Virus record (IMG/VR): IMGVR_UViG_3300020045_000751
Coordinates: 1 to 26,015 of that record
Direction: 5' to 3' (one strand)
Source: a virus
Lineage: Duplodnaviria > Caudoviricetes
DNA length: 26,015 nucleotides
Made by a program: the position numbers and the translations under genes. The notes under the pieces are model-generated. The model saw nothing but the letters and a program-made list of their open reading frames with translations, had not been told where the DNA came from and did not search any database. This document shows, one piece after another, positions 7,408 through 17,108 of the stretch (positions within the stretch are counted from its first letter, which is position 1; every line of letters starts with the position of its first letter).

Positions 7408-9830
7408 TGTTTTTCCTCTTTTGGAGCGCTCAATTGTTGGATCATTGGGATTATCCTGCGGACCAATTGTCCTTCAGCTTCTGATGCTGGTTTTGATGCA
7501 GCAAGCTTAATGAGAATGTCCCGCACTATCTTTGACTCATAAGCCCGAGCGGCTAGGCCGATTGTGGAGCCTGAGGCAAGCCCAGCACCAGCACCGCCAA
7601 ACAGATCAGTCAGGACGGCAGCACCAACAATAGGCACGCTTTGATAGCCTGTCATTGGCGCCGCCGCCGCCTCGCTTGCGCGTTGGGTCGCTTTCAGGAC
7701 TCTGACAAGGCCGTCAGCTTGTGCGCGCTGATCCTGACTGAAAAAGATGCCGGTTTGGTCTGACAACTTGCCCAGCGTAGTAGAAAACTTCTGAGGGCTG
7801 ATTGCATCAACGCCACCAGCTTTTTCAACAGCCTCTTGGATGATTGCAGTTCGTGCAGCCGACCTACCGTCTGGCGTTAGGGTTTTGTACAGACGCTGAA
7901 CATCGCTGCGGTTCTTGCTGAACAACAGATTGCGCACGGTTTCAGGCGTTACGTCGCCTTTGTCTAAAGCGCGTTTGAATGCCGACGACTCAAGCTCACC
8001 AATCATGGAAACAAGCCGCTTGTCAGCCACTTTCCATTTTGTTACGTCGCGGTCTCCAGCATTGGTTTTGATAAACGATTCAATGTCGCTTTTCAATGCC
8101 CCATAAGCAGACTTGAGAACCTTCTGTGATTCTGTGCTGATGCTAGAGAACTCTTCGGACTTGAGTTTTTCGCCAAGTTGCTTGCGCAGCACTTCGACCT
8201 GATTGATGGTCTTGCCCTGCATGGACGTCTTGAAGTCGTCCAGCTTTTCAATCAGCGGATCAAAGTCTTTCGTCCCGAGCGCAGACAGCCGCGCAACTTC
8301 GTCGTCAACCTTCTGGTTGATGTTCGTCGTCGGAATAGCGCCTGCGTTATCCAGCTTGTCAAATACGCCCTGCTTAAGCTTGACGTACTTATCAACCTCT
8401 GCAACACGTCCAGACTTGAAAGAATCAGAGATGGCTTTGTCTGGCAGCTTGTCCAGATCACCACCGATTTCAGATGCAAGTTTTTTGACGGCATCAATGC
8501 GGGCCGTCTGTTGCGCAACGCGTGGCCCTGCCGTACCGGCGTAGGGGATCTTTTCACCAGCACCTTGTGCGAACTTCCCGATGAACGTACTTGGCGCCTG
8601 AACGTCAGTCGTCATCAACGGAATGTTTGCAGCGCGAGCATCTTGGACAATCTGAGGCTGCACCTTGGGAGCGGCCATTGCCCGTTGAATGGTCGTGGCC
8701 TTGTTCAGCAATGCAGGTCCAGCAAACCCCCCTGCAACAGCCGCAGCAAGTTGCGCAGTCTGCCCGCCACCCTCTTGATTGACGGCCTCGGCAGCACCAG
8801 CACCACCAGCACCCGATGCAAGTTGTGACCCAGGTTGCGCAGCAAGACCCCGGCCAGCCGCCTGAATCATTGGGCTAGCCGCCTGCGACATGACATTCCC
8901 AGCGCCAATGAATGGCACAGCACCAGCAACGCCACGCGAAGCCGCGCCGACCACGTTTTCCGTGGCACCTTGCGGCCTAGGTAGCCCCATAGAGTTTGCA
9001 GCGCTTGTGGCTAGTTCTGGCACGCTTTGCAGGTTGCGCCCGGTCGCTTGCTCCATCAGGGCCGTCATCGGATTGGTGACCACGCCAACAGCGTTAGCCA
9101 TCCCCTCCATTCCGTATCGAGCTGTAAGCCCTACTTGCCGCCCGATCTGCGACAGAACGCCGGGCTTCTCTTTCTTGATGCCCATGATCTGCTCAAACTC
9201 TGCGGCATCTTCCGGAGACATTTTCCCGGACTGGTAAACCTGCATGAGCGGATCAGTGCCTTGTGCCTTTGGCTGCTCTTTTGGCTGCGATGCTTTCGGC
9301 GCCTTGATCTGACCGGACGAAATGGCCTGTTCCATCAAAGCGGTGTCTTCTGGGTCCATCTTTCCAGATTGGTACAACGCGACAAGACCGGAGAAATCGT
9401 CCTTCACTTGAGCTGCTGCTTTTTGTACGCCACCAGTCACGCGCTTGATGTATGAATCGGTACGATCACCCCAATTCTTCAGGTCACCACCAGCGTGGTA
9501 GAACCCAGCCGCAAGGGCTTTCTGTTCCTGCGGGTCTTTGGTACGCTGCTTTGCCCAGTTGAAAGCGTCTTTCACCACGATAGCCGCAGCCTCTGCCGCC
9601 TGATCTGGCGATGCGTAGGCATCAACGCCGTATTTCTTCTTAATCAGGTTGCGGGTTTCAGGGATGATCTGCCACACAGAACGGGCGCCAGCTTCGGACA
9701 CCTGATCTGCATTGGATCGCTCCCCCTTCAGGCGCAAGTCAGACAAGAACCCAGACGGAATTCCGTACTTGGATTCTGCCGAAGCCTCTAGATCAAGCCA
9801 CGATGAATCACGATAGCTGGTCGCCATCAT
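7404..9830 (-). CDS. Large DNA-ejection protein (gp16 position) with an N-terminal lytic-transglycosylase-like domain
   Basis: AESKYGIP...GERS...SEAGARSVWQIIPET...AAGFYHAG follows the SLT pattern (E-S, GA.G..Q..P.T, A.YNAG). The middle is Gly/Ala-rich and the C-terminus helical. Confidence 0.8.
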   Translation of the reverse strand: MMATSYRDSSWLDLEASAESKYGIPSGFLSDLRLKGERSNADQVSEAGARSVWQIIPETRNLIKKKYGVDAYASPDQAAEAAAIVVKDAFNWAKQRTKDPQEQKALAAGFYHAGGDLKNWGDRTDSYIKRVTGGVQKAAAQVKDDFSGLVALYQSGKMDPEDTALMEQAISSGQIKAPKASQPKEQPKAQGTDPLMQVYQSGKMSPEDAAEFEQIMGIKKEKPGVLSQIGRQVGLTARYGMEGMANAVGVVTNPMTALMEQATGRNLQSVPELATSAANSMGLPRPQGATENVVGAASRGVAGAVPFIGAGNVMSQAASPMIQAAGRGLAAQPGSQLASGAGGAGAAEAVNQEGGGQTAQLAAAVAGGFAGPALLNKATTIQRAMAAPKVQPQIVQDARAANIPLMTTDVQAPSTFIGKFAQGAGEKIPYAGTAGPRVAQQTARIDAVKKLASEIGGDLDKLPDKAISDSFKSGRVAEVDKYVKLKQGVFDKLDNAGAIPTTNINQKVDDEVARLSALGTKDFDPLIEKLDDFKTSMQGKTINQVEVLRKQLGEKLKSEEFSSISTESQKVLKSAYGALKSDIESFIKTNAGDRDVTKWKVADKRLVSMIGELESSAFKRALDKGDVTPETVRNLLFSKNRSDVQRLYKTLTPDGRSAARTAIIQEAVEKAGGVDAISPQKFSTTLGKLSDQTGIFFSQDQRAQADGLVRVLKATQRASEAAAAPMTGYQSVPIVGAAVLTDLFGGAGAGLASGSTIGLAARAYESKIVRDILIKLAASKPASEAEGQLVRRIIPMIQQLSAPKEEKQ

Positions 9831-11101
9831 TGAACCCCATATTTTTGTTTTAGCCGCGACAACGCATCGTTAGCGACAGGCTCGGCTTTTTTGTCGCCTG
9901 GAACCTGAGCGCCAAACTTCTTGGCCGTCCGCGCTTCGGCATCATTCAGAACCTGCTGAACACGCTTCAACTCTGAAACAAGCTTGTCTTCATCCTGATA
10001 GCGGTCAAGGTTCGCGCTGATGTTTTTGATAAACATGATGTCCTTGTCAGACATTGCGCCCTTGAGACGATCAAGGTTTTCCGCAGCGAGTGCGTTTTGA
10101 AGCTGTTCAATCTTGCCCGCCATTGCCCGCGATTCAGTTCCAGGAATAGAACCACGCCATGCACCCGCGCCAGTAGCGGCTCGGAGGGTATCTTCATCCT
10201 TGAGAATATCGCTTAGAAGTCCCTTTGTCGTTGCAATGGACGACATGGCCGAATCGGATTCGGCACCCTTCATGCGCTGCGTTTCTTCACGCTTTGCCTT
10301 TGCATCGTCAATCTTGATCTGCAATTCCTCGCGCTTCAATGCATTGTCTTCACGCTTTAGCGCAGACTCCATCACTTTGATTCGCTGATCGAACTTGCGG
10401 TCTTCAATCTGGCTTCGCGTGTTGCTAATGTCGGTACGTGACTTTTCATCGGCATACTTTGCATCTGTAACCGCAGAGCTTGCCTTAGCCTCGGCCTCTA
10501 AAGCATCTGCCTTGCCTTTGGCGACAAGACCAGGTTGCAATTCAGCTTCACGCTTATTCTTCTCGATTTTCTCCATTGTATCGGCGAATTCTTTACCGCC
10601 CATATTTGCAAACAGAGCTGATTTCAGCGTAAAACGTACACTGGTTGGATTTGAGATAATTGAATTTCTTGCAATCTCAAAACGATTAACGCTATCAGAG
10701 TCTTTTGATTGTTTTGCGGCCTCAATTTGACTATCAATTAACTCTAATGCGGCTTTTTCGTTTCCAGCCTCTAAAGCAGAAAGAACAGAAAAGCTATTTT
10801 CAATGGTTTTCTTCTTTTCCTGATCCGACAGACTAGACATAGCCTTGCCAAAACCTTCATGCAATGTCGGGTTCTTAATCAGCAACTGACGCACGCGGTC
10901 TGAAGTTGGATTTGATGCAACTTCTGCAAACTCACGCTGTCGCTCTAGCGCTTGATCGTTTGCAATCTGCTGGGCATCGGCCAGCTTTTGAGCTTTGCGG
11001 AATTCTTCGGCATTCGCCAGCATTCCCATTTGGCGGTTGTAACCTCCAGAGAATGCATCACCAGCGTTTCCGGTGTTGATCGTGTAGTTAAACGGCTGCA
11101 T
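9827..11101 (-). CDS. DNA-ejection protein (gp20 position)
   Basis: MQPFNY start, coiled-coil-rich, with LKGAMSDKD near the C-terminus. Middle gene of the ejection triad. Confidence 0.75.
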   Translation of the reverse strand: MQPFNYTINTGNAGDAFSGGYNRQMGMLANAEEFRKAQKLADAQQIANDQALERQREFAEVASNPTSDRVRQLLIKNPTLHEGFGKAMSSLSDQEKKKTIENSFSVLSALEAGNEKAALELIDSQIEAAKQSKDSDSVNRFEIARNSIISNPTSVRFTLKSALFANMGGKEFADTMEKIEKNKREAELQPGLVAKGKADALEAEAKASSAVTDAKYADEKSRTDISNTRSQIEDRKFDQRIKVMESALKREDNALKREELQIKIDDAKAKREETQRMKGAESDSAMSSIATTKGLLSDILKDEDTLRAATGAGAWRGSIPGTESRAMAGKIEQLQNALAAENLDRLKGAMSDKDIMFIKNISANLDRYQDEDKLVSELKRVQQVLNDAEARTAKKFGAQVPGDKKAEPVANDALSRLKQKYGVQ

Positions 11102-11108
11102 ATTGGCC

Positions 11109-12128
11109 TTAGAAAGTTGTGGCCCTGAGACCTAATCCGCCATTCCCACCATTACCAGCAAGGCTGTACGTCGACCCGCCACCGCCAGACAGTGCCCCCA
11201 ATGATGGGTTTGAGCTACCCCTAGCCGCCTGAAGAGCCGCAAACGATCCCAGTGCGCCAGTGATCTGATTTGAGAAATTAGCGCTAGCTTGGCCTTGTGC
11301 CAATGCATTTCCAGCAGCGATAGAACCTTGATTGTTGTAATACTGGTTGTATGCGCTGGTCATGTTTCCAATATTGGCTTGACCCGCCGCGCCTGCGTTT
11401 GCATACGCATTCCCAACACCTTGCGAATACCCAGCCAATGCACTGCCAACCTGCCCAGCCACCTGCATACCAGCGCTTCCAACACCAGCAGCAGCCGACT
11501 GACCAGACTGGTAAAGCATGGACGACGTGTTAGCCCCAAGGCCAGCAAGACCGCCCAATCGGTCATACTGCTGCGAAATCAACCCAGCCAGCAACTGCGG
11601 TCGGAACTGCGCCATTGCGGCTTGAGTGTTGCCGCCACGAAGCCCACCAGTAGCCGCTGCGTTTTGCAGCATGGAGTTTTCACCCTGCTGCACGTAAGCT
11701 GCCATTTCAGGGCTGTTTTGCAGCCCCTGGATGGCCTGGCCTTGCGCGTCTGTGCCATTCATGCCCAGTAACGCCCTCTGCCCTTGTAGGGCTTCCATGC
11801 CAGTGCCTTGGATCTGCTGTAGCGGACCCAAGGCGTTATTTCCTGCAGTGATGTACGGCTGCAACACCTGTTGCACCGCCGCAAACTGACGGCGAGCCTC
11901 TGCGATTTGCTGGTTTGCAATGCCTCGCTGCGTGGCGAGTTGCTGGCCCATCAGCTGACGTTGTAGGGCCTGCGATGCCTCAAACTGCGCTTGGTTCTGA
12001 GCCAGTGCAGCGTCATTTGCTTGTGTTTGACCTGCCGCCGCTTCATTCGCAGATTGCTGTGCGTTGTTTTGCTGGTCTGACGCAACCACAAGACTTACAG
12101 CAGTTGTCCCAACATACCACCATGACAT
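11109..12128 (-). CDS. DNA-ejection protein (gp7 position)
   Basis: Start MSWWYV at 12128. Gln/Ala/Gly-rich, with LQNAAATGGLRGGNTQAAMAQFRP typical of P22 gp7-like proteins. Confidence 0.85.
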   Translation of the reverse strand: MSWWYVGTTAVSLVVASDQQNNAQQSANEAAAGQTQANDAALAQNQAQFEASQALQRQLMGQQLATQRGIANQQIAEARRQFAAVQQVLQPYITAGNNALGPLQQIQGTGMEALQGQRALLGMNGTDAQGQAIQGLQNSPEMAAYVQQGENSMLQNAAATGGLRGGNTQAAMAQFRPQLLAGLISQQYDRLGGLAGLGANTSSMLYQSGQSAAAGVGSAGMQVAGQVGSALAGYSQGVGNAYANAGAAGQANIGNMTSAYNQYYNNQGSIAAGNALAQGQASANFSNQITGALGSFAALQAARGSSNPSLGALSGGGGSTYSLAGNGGNGGLGLRATTF

Positions 12129-12129
12129 A

Positions 12130-12609
12130 TCAATTCTCCAATGCCTTTGGGGCAAACTTCAGGCCCTCAGCTTGCGCCTGATCTAGCGTCAATTCGCCGG
12201 ATTTGTATTTCTTGAACCACTCTGGCTCGTCAATGTACCGCTCGCGCAAAACATCCATGTCGGTTTCATCGTCTGGATTTGGATGAATGTTCCAAATCAC
12301 AAACTCGGACAGCGTGCGAAGCATCTTCTTTCCTGCGCCTGAATAGAAGATAGATGGGGCGGAGATTTTCGACCACAGGCCATCCACACAAACAATCGCC
12401 TCGCCTTTGACGGCAACACTTAGTCCAGCATGTTTGTGTTCATGCCCAACAAGGTAAACGTCAGCGGGGATTGTTGCTTCACGGATGTAGATTCCAGGGC
12501 CGAAATAATGTGCTGTTTTGCACTCTGTCTGCGGTAGGCCAAGAAGTGCAATAGCGACAACCGAGGGGTCGAACTCAGTATCTTCGGCGATTTCAGGCAG
12601 CATATACAC
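12130..12609 (-). CDS. Cupin-like hypothetical protein
   Basis: HYFGPGIYIREATIPA...GHEHKH and WNIHPNP give a His-rich double-stranded beta-helix pattern. Start is 12609 (GTG) or 12603 (ATG). Confidence 0.75.
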   Translation of the reverse strand: MYMLPEIAEDTEFDPSVVAIALLGLPQTECKTAHYFGPGIYIREATIPADVYLVGHEHKHAGLSVAVKGEAIVCVDGLWSKISAPSIFYSGAGKKMLRTLSEFVIWNIHPNPDDETDMDVLRERYIDEPEWFKKYKSGELTLDQAQAEGLKFAPKALEN

Positions 12610-12651
12610 CCCATGGGGAAAGCTGCTGGAAGCCGGAATCTCAGCGAGACG

Positions 12652-12680
12652 TTTTTACCCCAATCGCTGGATTACGTCAA
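12652..12680 (-). promoter_or_regulatory. Candidate sigma70 promoter for the cupin/ejection genes
   Basis: TTGACG-17 bp-TAAAAA, with an inverted repeat CAGCGA/TCGCTG bracketing the -10. Confidence 0.45.
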
Positions 12681-13196
12681 GCGAATCAATCGAAGGCTTG
12701 ACGCCACGAGATTGACCGCGCTTGCACCTCCAGAGGCGAATTGAATTGACAGCGCTCCGTTTGCGGACGGCTTCACGATGCCGATGATGTGAACCACGTT
12801 TCCACCTGTTGCCGCGCTGCTGGCGTTTGCTGCTGCTGGAAGGTTGTATGCGGCCAGCGAGTTGACGGTTTTCGACGTGGCTGTCAGCGAGTATTCAGAC
12901 GAATAGGCGAGCAATGCCGTAGCCGGTCCATTGACGATCCACCGCGTGCCAACAGCCGCCGAAGCGACCGTGTATGCACCGAAGAACTCGAATTGATAGG
13001 TGGAATTCTGCGCCAATACCTCGGACGTTGCAGCAGTCACCAGTGTGGCATCTGCCGCCGTCACCGTGGATAGAACAGCCGTGAGATTGCCCGCACTCTG
13101 ATCCGCCTTGTCGGCTGTCGCCATCAACTCTTCAAAGCCTCTAATGGCCTCGTTGTCTGGCAGGAACTTCGCCAGTTGGTTGCGGTTCAGCTTCAT
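12672..13196 (-). CDS. Tail needle-like protein (gp26 position) with a C-terminal beta-domain
   Basis: Follows the gp10-like hub. Starts LNRNQLAKFLPDNEAIRGFEEL, with a short helical stretch and then a beta-rich knob. Confidence 0.6.
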   Translation of the reverse strand: MKLNRNQLAKFLPDNEAIRGFEELMATADKADQSAGNLTAVLSTVTAADATLVTAATSEVLAQNSTYQFEFFGAYTVASAAVGTRWIVNGPATALLAYSSEYSLTATSKTVNSLAAYNLPAAANASSAATGGNVVHIIGIVKPSANGALSIQFASGGASAVNLVASSLRLIRLT

Positions 13197-14608
13197 GGAA
13201 TCAGTGGCTCTGCGCCAAGCTCAAGACGTGCAACAGAGATATGGGCGTCAGATGTGCCGTGGAACTTATAGGCCCTCCAGCTACGGATAGAACCTTGACG
13301 CCACCATACAAGCCGCTTCATTCGTTCGCCGAACTTTCCCACCTTGATCCATCTGTCCTGACTCCATGTCATGCCGTCAGACGTGTAGGCCGCTGCAATT
13401 TGAGGATCAGCGCCCATTTCCACCCGGCCAGTCAGTGCAATCAATTCGATCATGTGGATCAGCGCTCCACCAGTTTCCGGCCAGGTGATCTGAGTACCGA
13501 ACTCAAACCGCACCGGCTGGCCCAATTGCAGGCCGTGCGAGGTGGTCAGTTTGTTGACGTTGCGTGATTGCAAGTCACCGCAAACCCACATGTTTTGCCA
13601 CCATGCAAAGTAACGGGCGCGGTATTGGGAAAACTCTTCTAGCCCAGATGTGAGAAAGAACCACACAGGTTCCTGCATCACAGCAGACGCGGCGCCGTCA
13701 TAGACCATTGTGCGGTCGGGAAGGTGGATGTACAGGAACCGATGCCCGTCAACCGTGCGCGGCTCGACATAGATCGTCTCTAGTTGCTCTTCGGTATACC
13801 CGGCAAGAATCTGGTCAATCTCCCGCGTTGAAATCTTGATGGTCTGTGCGTTTTCACCGATGTAAACCGCAGGCGGTTCACCCCGGCCAGAGCCGACGAA
13901 TGCGAGGGCTTCCATGAAAACGCACGCAGACCACCGGCCAATAGCGCCACGTTGAATGTGAGCGCCATTCAAGCGAGAGAATGGGAAGAATGAACCGCCC
14001 GTGTTCGTAAAGACTTCGATTGTGTGCCGGTTGATGGCGTAAAGCTCGTTTCGGTTGATCAGCAAGCGCTTAATCTGATCTGGATCAATCTCAGATGAAC
14101 CGTACTTCAGCGGATTGACAGACAGCGGGTTTCCCAACTCGGTAGCAATGATGAAATCGCCGTCAGTCGTCAGAAAGTACCCGTCAAGAAACACAACATC
14201 CAGCACTGGCCCTAGGTCAAGGTCTGAAACCTCGGTCAGAACATCGCCGGACAGGTAGTAAAGCTTATTCCCCGATGCAATGCCGAGCCGGTCAAACGAA
14301 TAGGCAAACGTCACCGGGTTGCCGTCATCCTCAACCGAGAAATAAGGGACCTGCGTGCCGTCTTCTTTGATTTCAATCAGCAGGTGGCCGTTAACCACGA
14401 ACAGCCGGCCAAGCCACGTAACCATGCCTCGGATTTTTGCGTCAGCGAAACCAAGCAAGTCTGGCACGTACTGATCCATGCCTTCAGCAGGCCGCAGATA
14501 CCCGGCAGAAATGCCGTTCTGCTTTGGAACTGGGACCATGTTCACGGGGTAGGACGTGCGGAAATCCGAACCCTTGGAATAAACCCCGTTAAGCACACTG
14601 ACTTGCAT
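13193..14608 (-). CDS. Tail hub / packaged-DNA stabilization protein (P22 gp10-like)
   Basis: 471 aa, with YPVNMVPVPK, YLRPAEG, DVVFLDGYF, YGSSEIDPD and TIEVFTNTGG. Beta-propeller-like, in the expected position. Confidence 0.88.
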   Translation of the reverse strand: MQVSVLNGVYSKGSDFRTSYPVNMVPVPKQNGISAGYLRPAEGMDQYVPDLLGFADAKIRGMVTWLGRLFVVNGHLLIEIKEDGTQVPYFSVEDDGNPVTFAYSFDRLGIASGNKLYYLSGDVLTEVSDLDLGPVLDVVFLDGYFLTTDGDFIIATELGNPLSVNPLKYGSSEIDPDQIKRLLINRNELYAINRHTIEVFTNTGGSFFPFSRLNGAHIQRGAIGRWSACVFMEALAFVGSGRGEPPAVYIGENAQTIKISTREIDQILAGYTEEQLETIYVEPRTVDGHRFLYIHLPDRTMVYDGAASAVMQEPVWFFLTSGLEEFSQYRARYFAWWQNMWVCGDLQSRNVNKLTTSHGLQLGQPVRFEFGTQITWPETGGALIHMIELIALTGRVEMGADPQIAAAYTSDGMTWSQDRWIKVGKFGERMKRLVWWRQGSIRSWRAYKFHGTSDAHISVARLELGAEPLIP

Positions 14609-14615
14609 TTTGTTC

Positions 14616-14843
14616 CTATTGTGTAGCCGCTATGCCGACAAAAGCACCGGGCGTTATCCCAAGCACTGCACACGCTTCATCCCGCATCGCCTTCGCGTGT
14701 CTCGCTTGTGCTGCAGCCTCTGCAATCTCGGATTTGCGAAGGGTGCGCACGGCTTCGATGCCAGCCACGATGTCGTTGTTGCTCCAAGACGTTGCGGCGC
14801 GGACCGCTAGGTCTTGGAGGGCTTTGTCTACTGCGTCTGGCAT
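14616..14843 (-). CDS. Hypothetical protein, 75 aa (possible spike chaperone)
   Basis: Helical ORF that fills the gap between the spike gene and the hub gene. Confidence 0.65.
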   Translation of the reverse strand: MPDAVDKALQDLAVRAATSWSNNDIVAGIEAVRTLRKSEIAEAAAQARHAKAMRDEACAVLGITPGAFVGIAATQ

Positions 14844-14846
14844 GGT

Positions 14847-16670
14847 TTAGTAGGTCGCTCCGGTATACAGGTGCTTCCAGAGCGTGCCGTCAGAAACCAC
14901 TGGGCCGACGCCACAAGAAAGCCCCGCGTTTGTGTTATAGGCAACGTCCCCCAGATTTCGGCCTAGTACTGAAAGATCAACAGGAAAGTCGTGCGACTTT
15001 GATCGAATCACTTGCGCCGCTGAACGCTGGATCTGCGTTCCTCCAGTAAGCACAATGCCAGAGCCCCTAACTGTGGCTGAGCCTCCAGCCGTATCAAACC
15101 CCAAGAACACGTTGCCGCAATAAACGCCACTGCACAAAACATCAATGGCGGTGGAAGCCCTGTTTCTGACGAGTGACCCGGTTGACCCTAAAGAAACATT
15201 GCTTAGGTGAAGTCTGCTGAGTGTTGACCCGCTATCAACTCGAAAAGATTCATTGTTACCCGTCATCGCACAATTTGAAGCAACTGCCGACTGCAAAGTC
15301 GCGTTGTTGTAGACGCGCAAAACCCGGCTGAACCCGTTCGTTGTGAAGTCAACACAAATATCTGACAGCACAAGGTTGGTGGTGTTCGCCGCGACACCTA
15401 TCATTGTCTGAGCAACAGCGGTATTTGTGACGGCAGACCGAATACCCCGAACACTCAAGCTGGCGATAGGGCGATTGATCTTTACGGCAGTCGTGTCATC
15501 AAACGCATCTGAAGGAATAGTCACTCCATCCACAGCAACACCACGCAACGTCGTGAGTGCGTCAATACCAACCATTGGGTATCCAGCGGGAACTCTGGCA
15601 AAGACATTTCTGATTGTCACGCCATCCATTTTTGCGTTCACGTTTGCAACGTAGTCATCTAAGTACACGGCGGAGGCGCCGACTTGGCCCTGTACTCCGT
15701 CAATCAGAACATTTCTGATTGCGAGTGTATTTGTGATTGATGCATCGCCTGTTGTGAATAACATAACACCACGCCCTTGGAGCATGTTGTCGCACTGAAT
15801 ATCTCTGACAATGATGTCTGTTACGTCTCCACGGCTGTAGTCATAGGCAAGGTAATCAGAACAACCAAGAGCGATCATGTCGTCGTCCGGGTTGCCACGG
15901 ATTTTTTCAATTACTCCGCGCCTTGCTGGACCTGTTACGTGGACTCCGTCCGATGCAACATCGTTCATGAAAACATCGCTAACATAAAAATCTGATACAT
16001 CCGCGATGCTAATGGCGTATTTTCCGCTTAATGAGCTAATCGTTTGCCCACTGACATGGAGCCCGTCAACACGGTGCATTTTGATGCGGTGTGTGTCTCC
16101 GTCAGTTGCGCCAGCAGACAGCTTTCCACCAAGAATCCAAATGTTTGAATCACGTGTCGTGGTGCTGCCATCAGAGAAATTGCGAATCTGAGGATGCGTG
16201 GTGGCCGCCGAATAGATCCGGGCTGATCGAATATCAAGGGTGGTGTTTGAGTAGACAACAATCGGCGCGTTCGTCGTGAAGTCGCCGAGCAACCGGACAA
16301 GCAGCGTTGTTCCCGCAGCAGGGGCAGAGGCAAGAGCATCATTGATACGGGCGGTTGCCTGCGTGGGCGTTTCTGCGGCATCAGAAACAACGTACTTCAG
16401 CCGCTCACTGATCGCAGCAATAGCAGGGGCCAAGTCTGAAAAGTCATAGCCAGTCGAATCAATGATGTATTCAACAGAGCCGTAATCGACCTCGACCGAA
16501 ATCGATGCATCCTTTTCGTAAGGGCCTAGAAATGCCTCATTCACGCCCACCGTGTAAATCTGGCCTGGAACACTGGGGAGAAATACCGAAGCTTTACCGC
16601 TGCCGCCCTTGTGGAAAACAGCAGCAGAGCCAGCTGGAAGCGTGAAAGTAGAGCGCGAAGTGATGATCAT
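14847..16670 (-). CDS. Beta-helix polysaccharide depolymerase / spike protein
   Basis: TARINDALA cap and many beta-helix rungs. SDGVHVTG...IRGNPDDDMIALG resembles the GH28 DG/DD acidic motifs. Confidence 0.8.
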   Translation of the reverse strand: MIITSRSTFTLPAGSAAVFHKGGSGKASVFLPSVPGQIYTVGVNEAFLGPYEKDASISVEVDYGSVEYIIDSTGYDFSDLAPAIAAISERLKYVVSDAAETPTQATARINDALASAPAAGTTLLVRLLGDFTTNAPIVVYSNTTLDIRSARIYSAATTHPQIRNFSDGSTTTRDSNIWILGGKLSAGATDGDTHRIKMHRVDGLHVSGQTISSLSGKYAISIADVSDFYVSDVFMNDVASDGVHVTGPARRGVIEKIRGNPDDDMIALGCSDYLAYDYSRGDVTDIIVRDIQCDNMLQGRGVMLFTTGDASITNTLAIRNVLIDGVQGQVGASAVYLDDYVANVNAKMDGVTIRNVFARVPAGYPMVGIDALTTLRGVAVDGVTIPSDAFDDTTAVKINRPIASLSVRGIRSAVTNTAVAQTMIGVAANTTNLVLSDICVDFTTNGFSRVLRVYNNATLQSAVASNCAMTGNNESFRVDSGSTLSRLHLSNVSLGSTGSLVRNRASTAIDVLCSGVYCGNVFLGFDTAGGSATVRGSGIVLTGGTQIQRSAAQVIRSKSHDFPVDLSVLGRNLGDVAYNTNAGLSCGVGPVVSDGTLWKHLYTGATY

Positions 16671-17108
16671 TTAAGCCACCCGATACCAGATTGAAAGAAC
16701 GCCGTCATATTTCAGACGGAAGAAAGCATTAGCTGCCAGCGTCGTCGGACCACCAGTCACGGTCTTGCCGTTTCCGTTGATCGTCAGCGTCGTCACCGAT
16801 TGAGTGCAGTTGCACAGAAACTCGTCGCGGTCTGTTGGGCTGGCCGGAAGCACAATCGTCCCAGCGGCGTACCCAGCGGCAGGCGTAAGAATCAGGTGCG
16901 TATTTGACTCTGCGTTGACGCTAAATCCTGTGGCCGAAGGCGCGGCGTATTGCGTCTCAAGCGTGCCCCGGCTTAGGTTCGCCTCCATGAAAGCCAGAAG
17001 AACACTGGCTGCAACACCGCGCTGGTCTCCATCCTCAAGGATGAACGCCGGGAAAAGGTCTCCCAATGCAATGGAATCGGCTCTAGAAAGTTGGTAGATG
17101 GTTGTCAT
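16671..17108 (-). CDS. Putative virion structural protein, 145 aa
   Basis: Likely start MTTIYQLS at 17108, not the track start at 17297. Thr/Ala/Gly-rich beta protein ending FFRLKYDGVLSIWYRVA. Confidence 0.8.
   Translation of the reverse strand: MTTIYQLSRADSIALGDLFPAFILEDGDQRGVAASVLLAFMEANLSRGTLETQYAAPSATGFSVNAESNTHLILTPAAGYAAGTIVLPASPTDRDEFLCNCTQSVTTLTINGNGKTVTGGPTTLAANAFFRLKYDGVLSIWYRVA

Noticed and set aside
5417-8828. Long plus-strand ORFs (5417-6229, 6614-7180, 8178-8828) and similar ones elsewhere
   Set aside because: They are antisense to well-supported, coupled structural genes and do not look protein-like.
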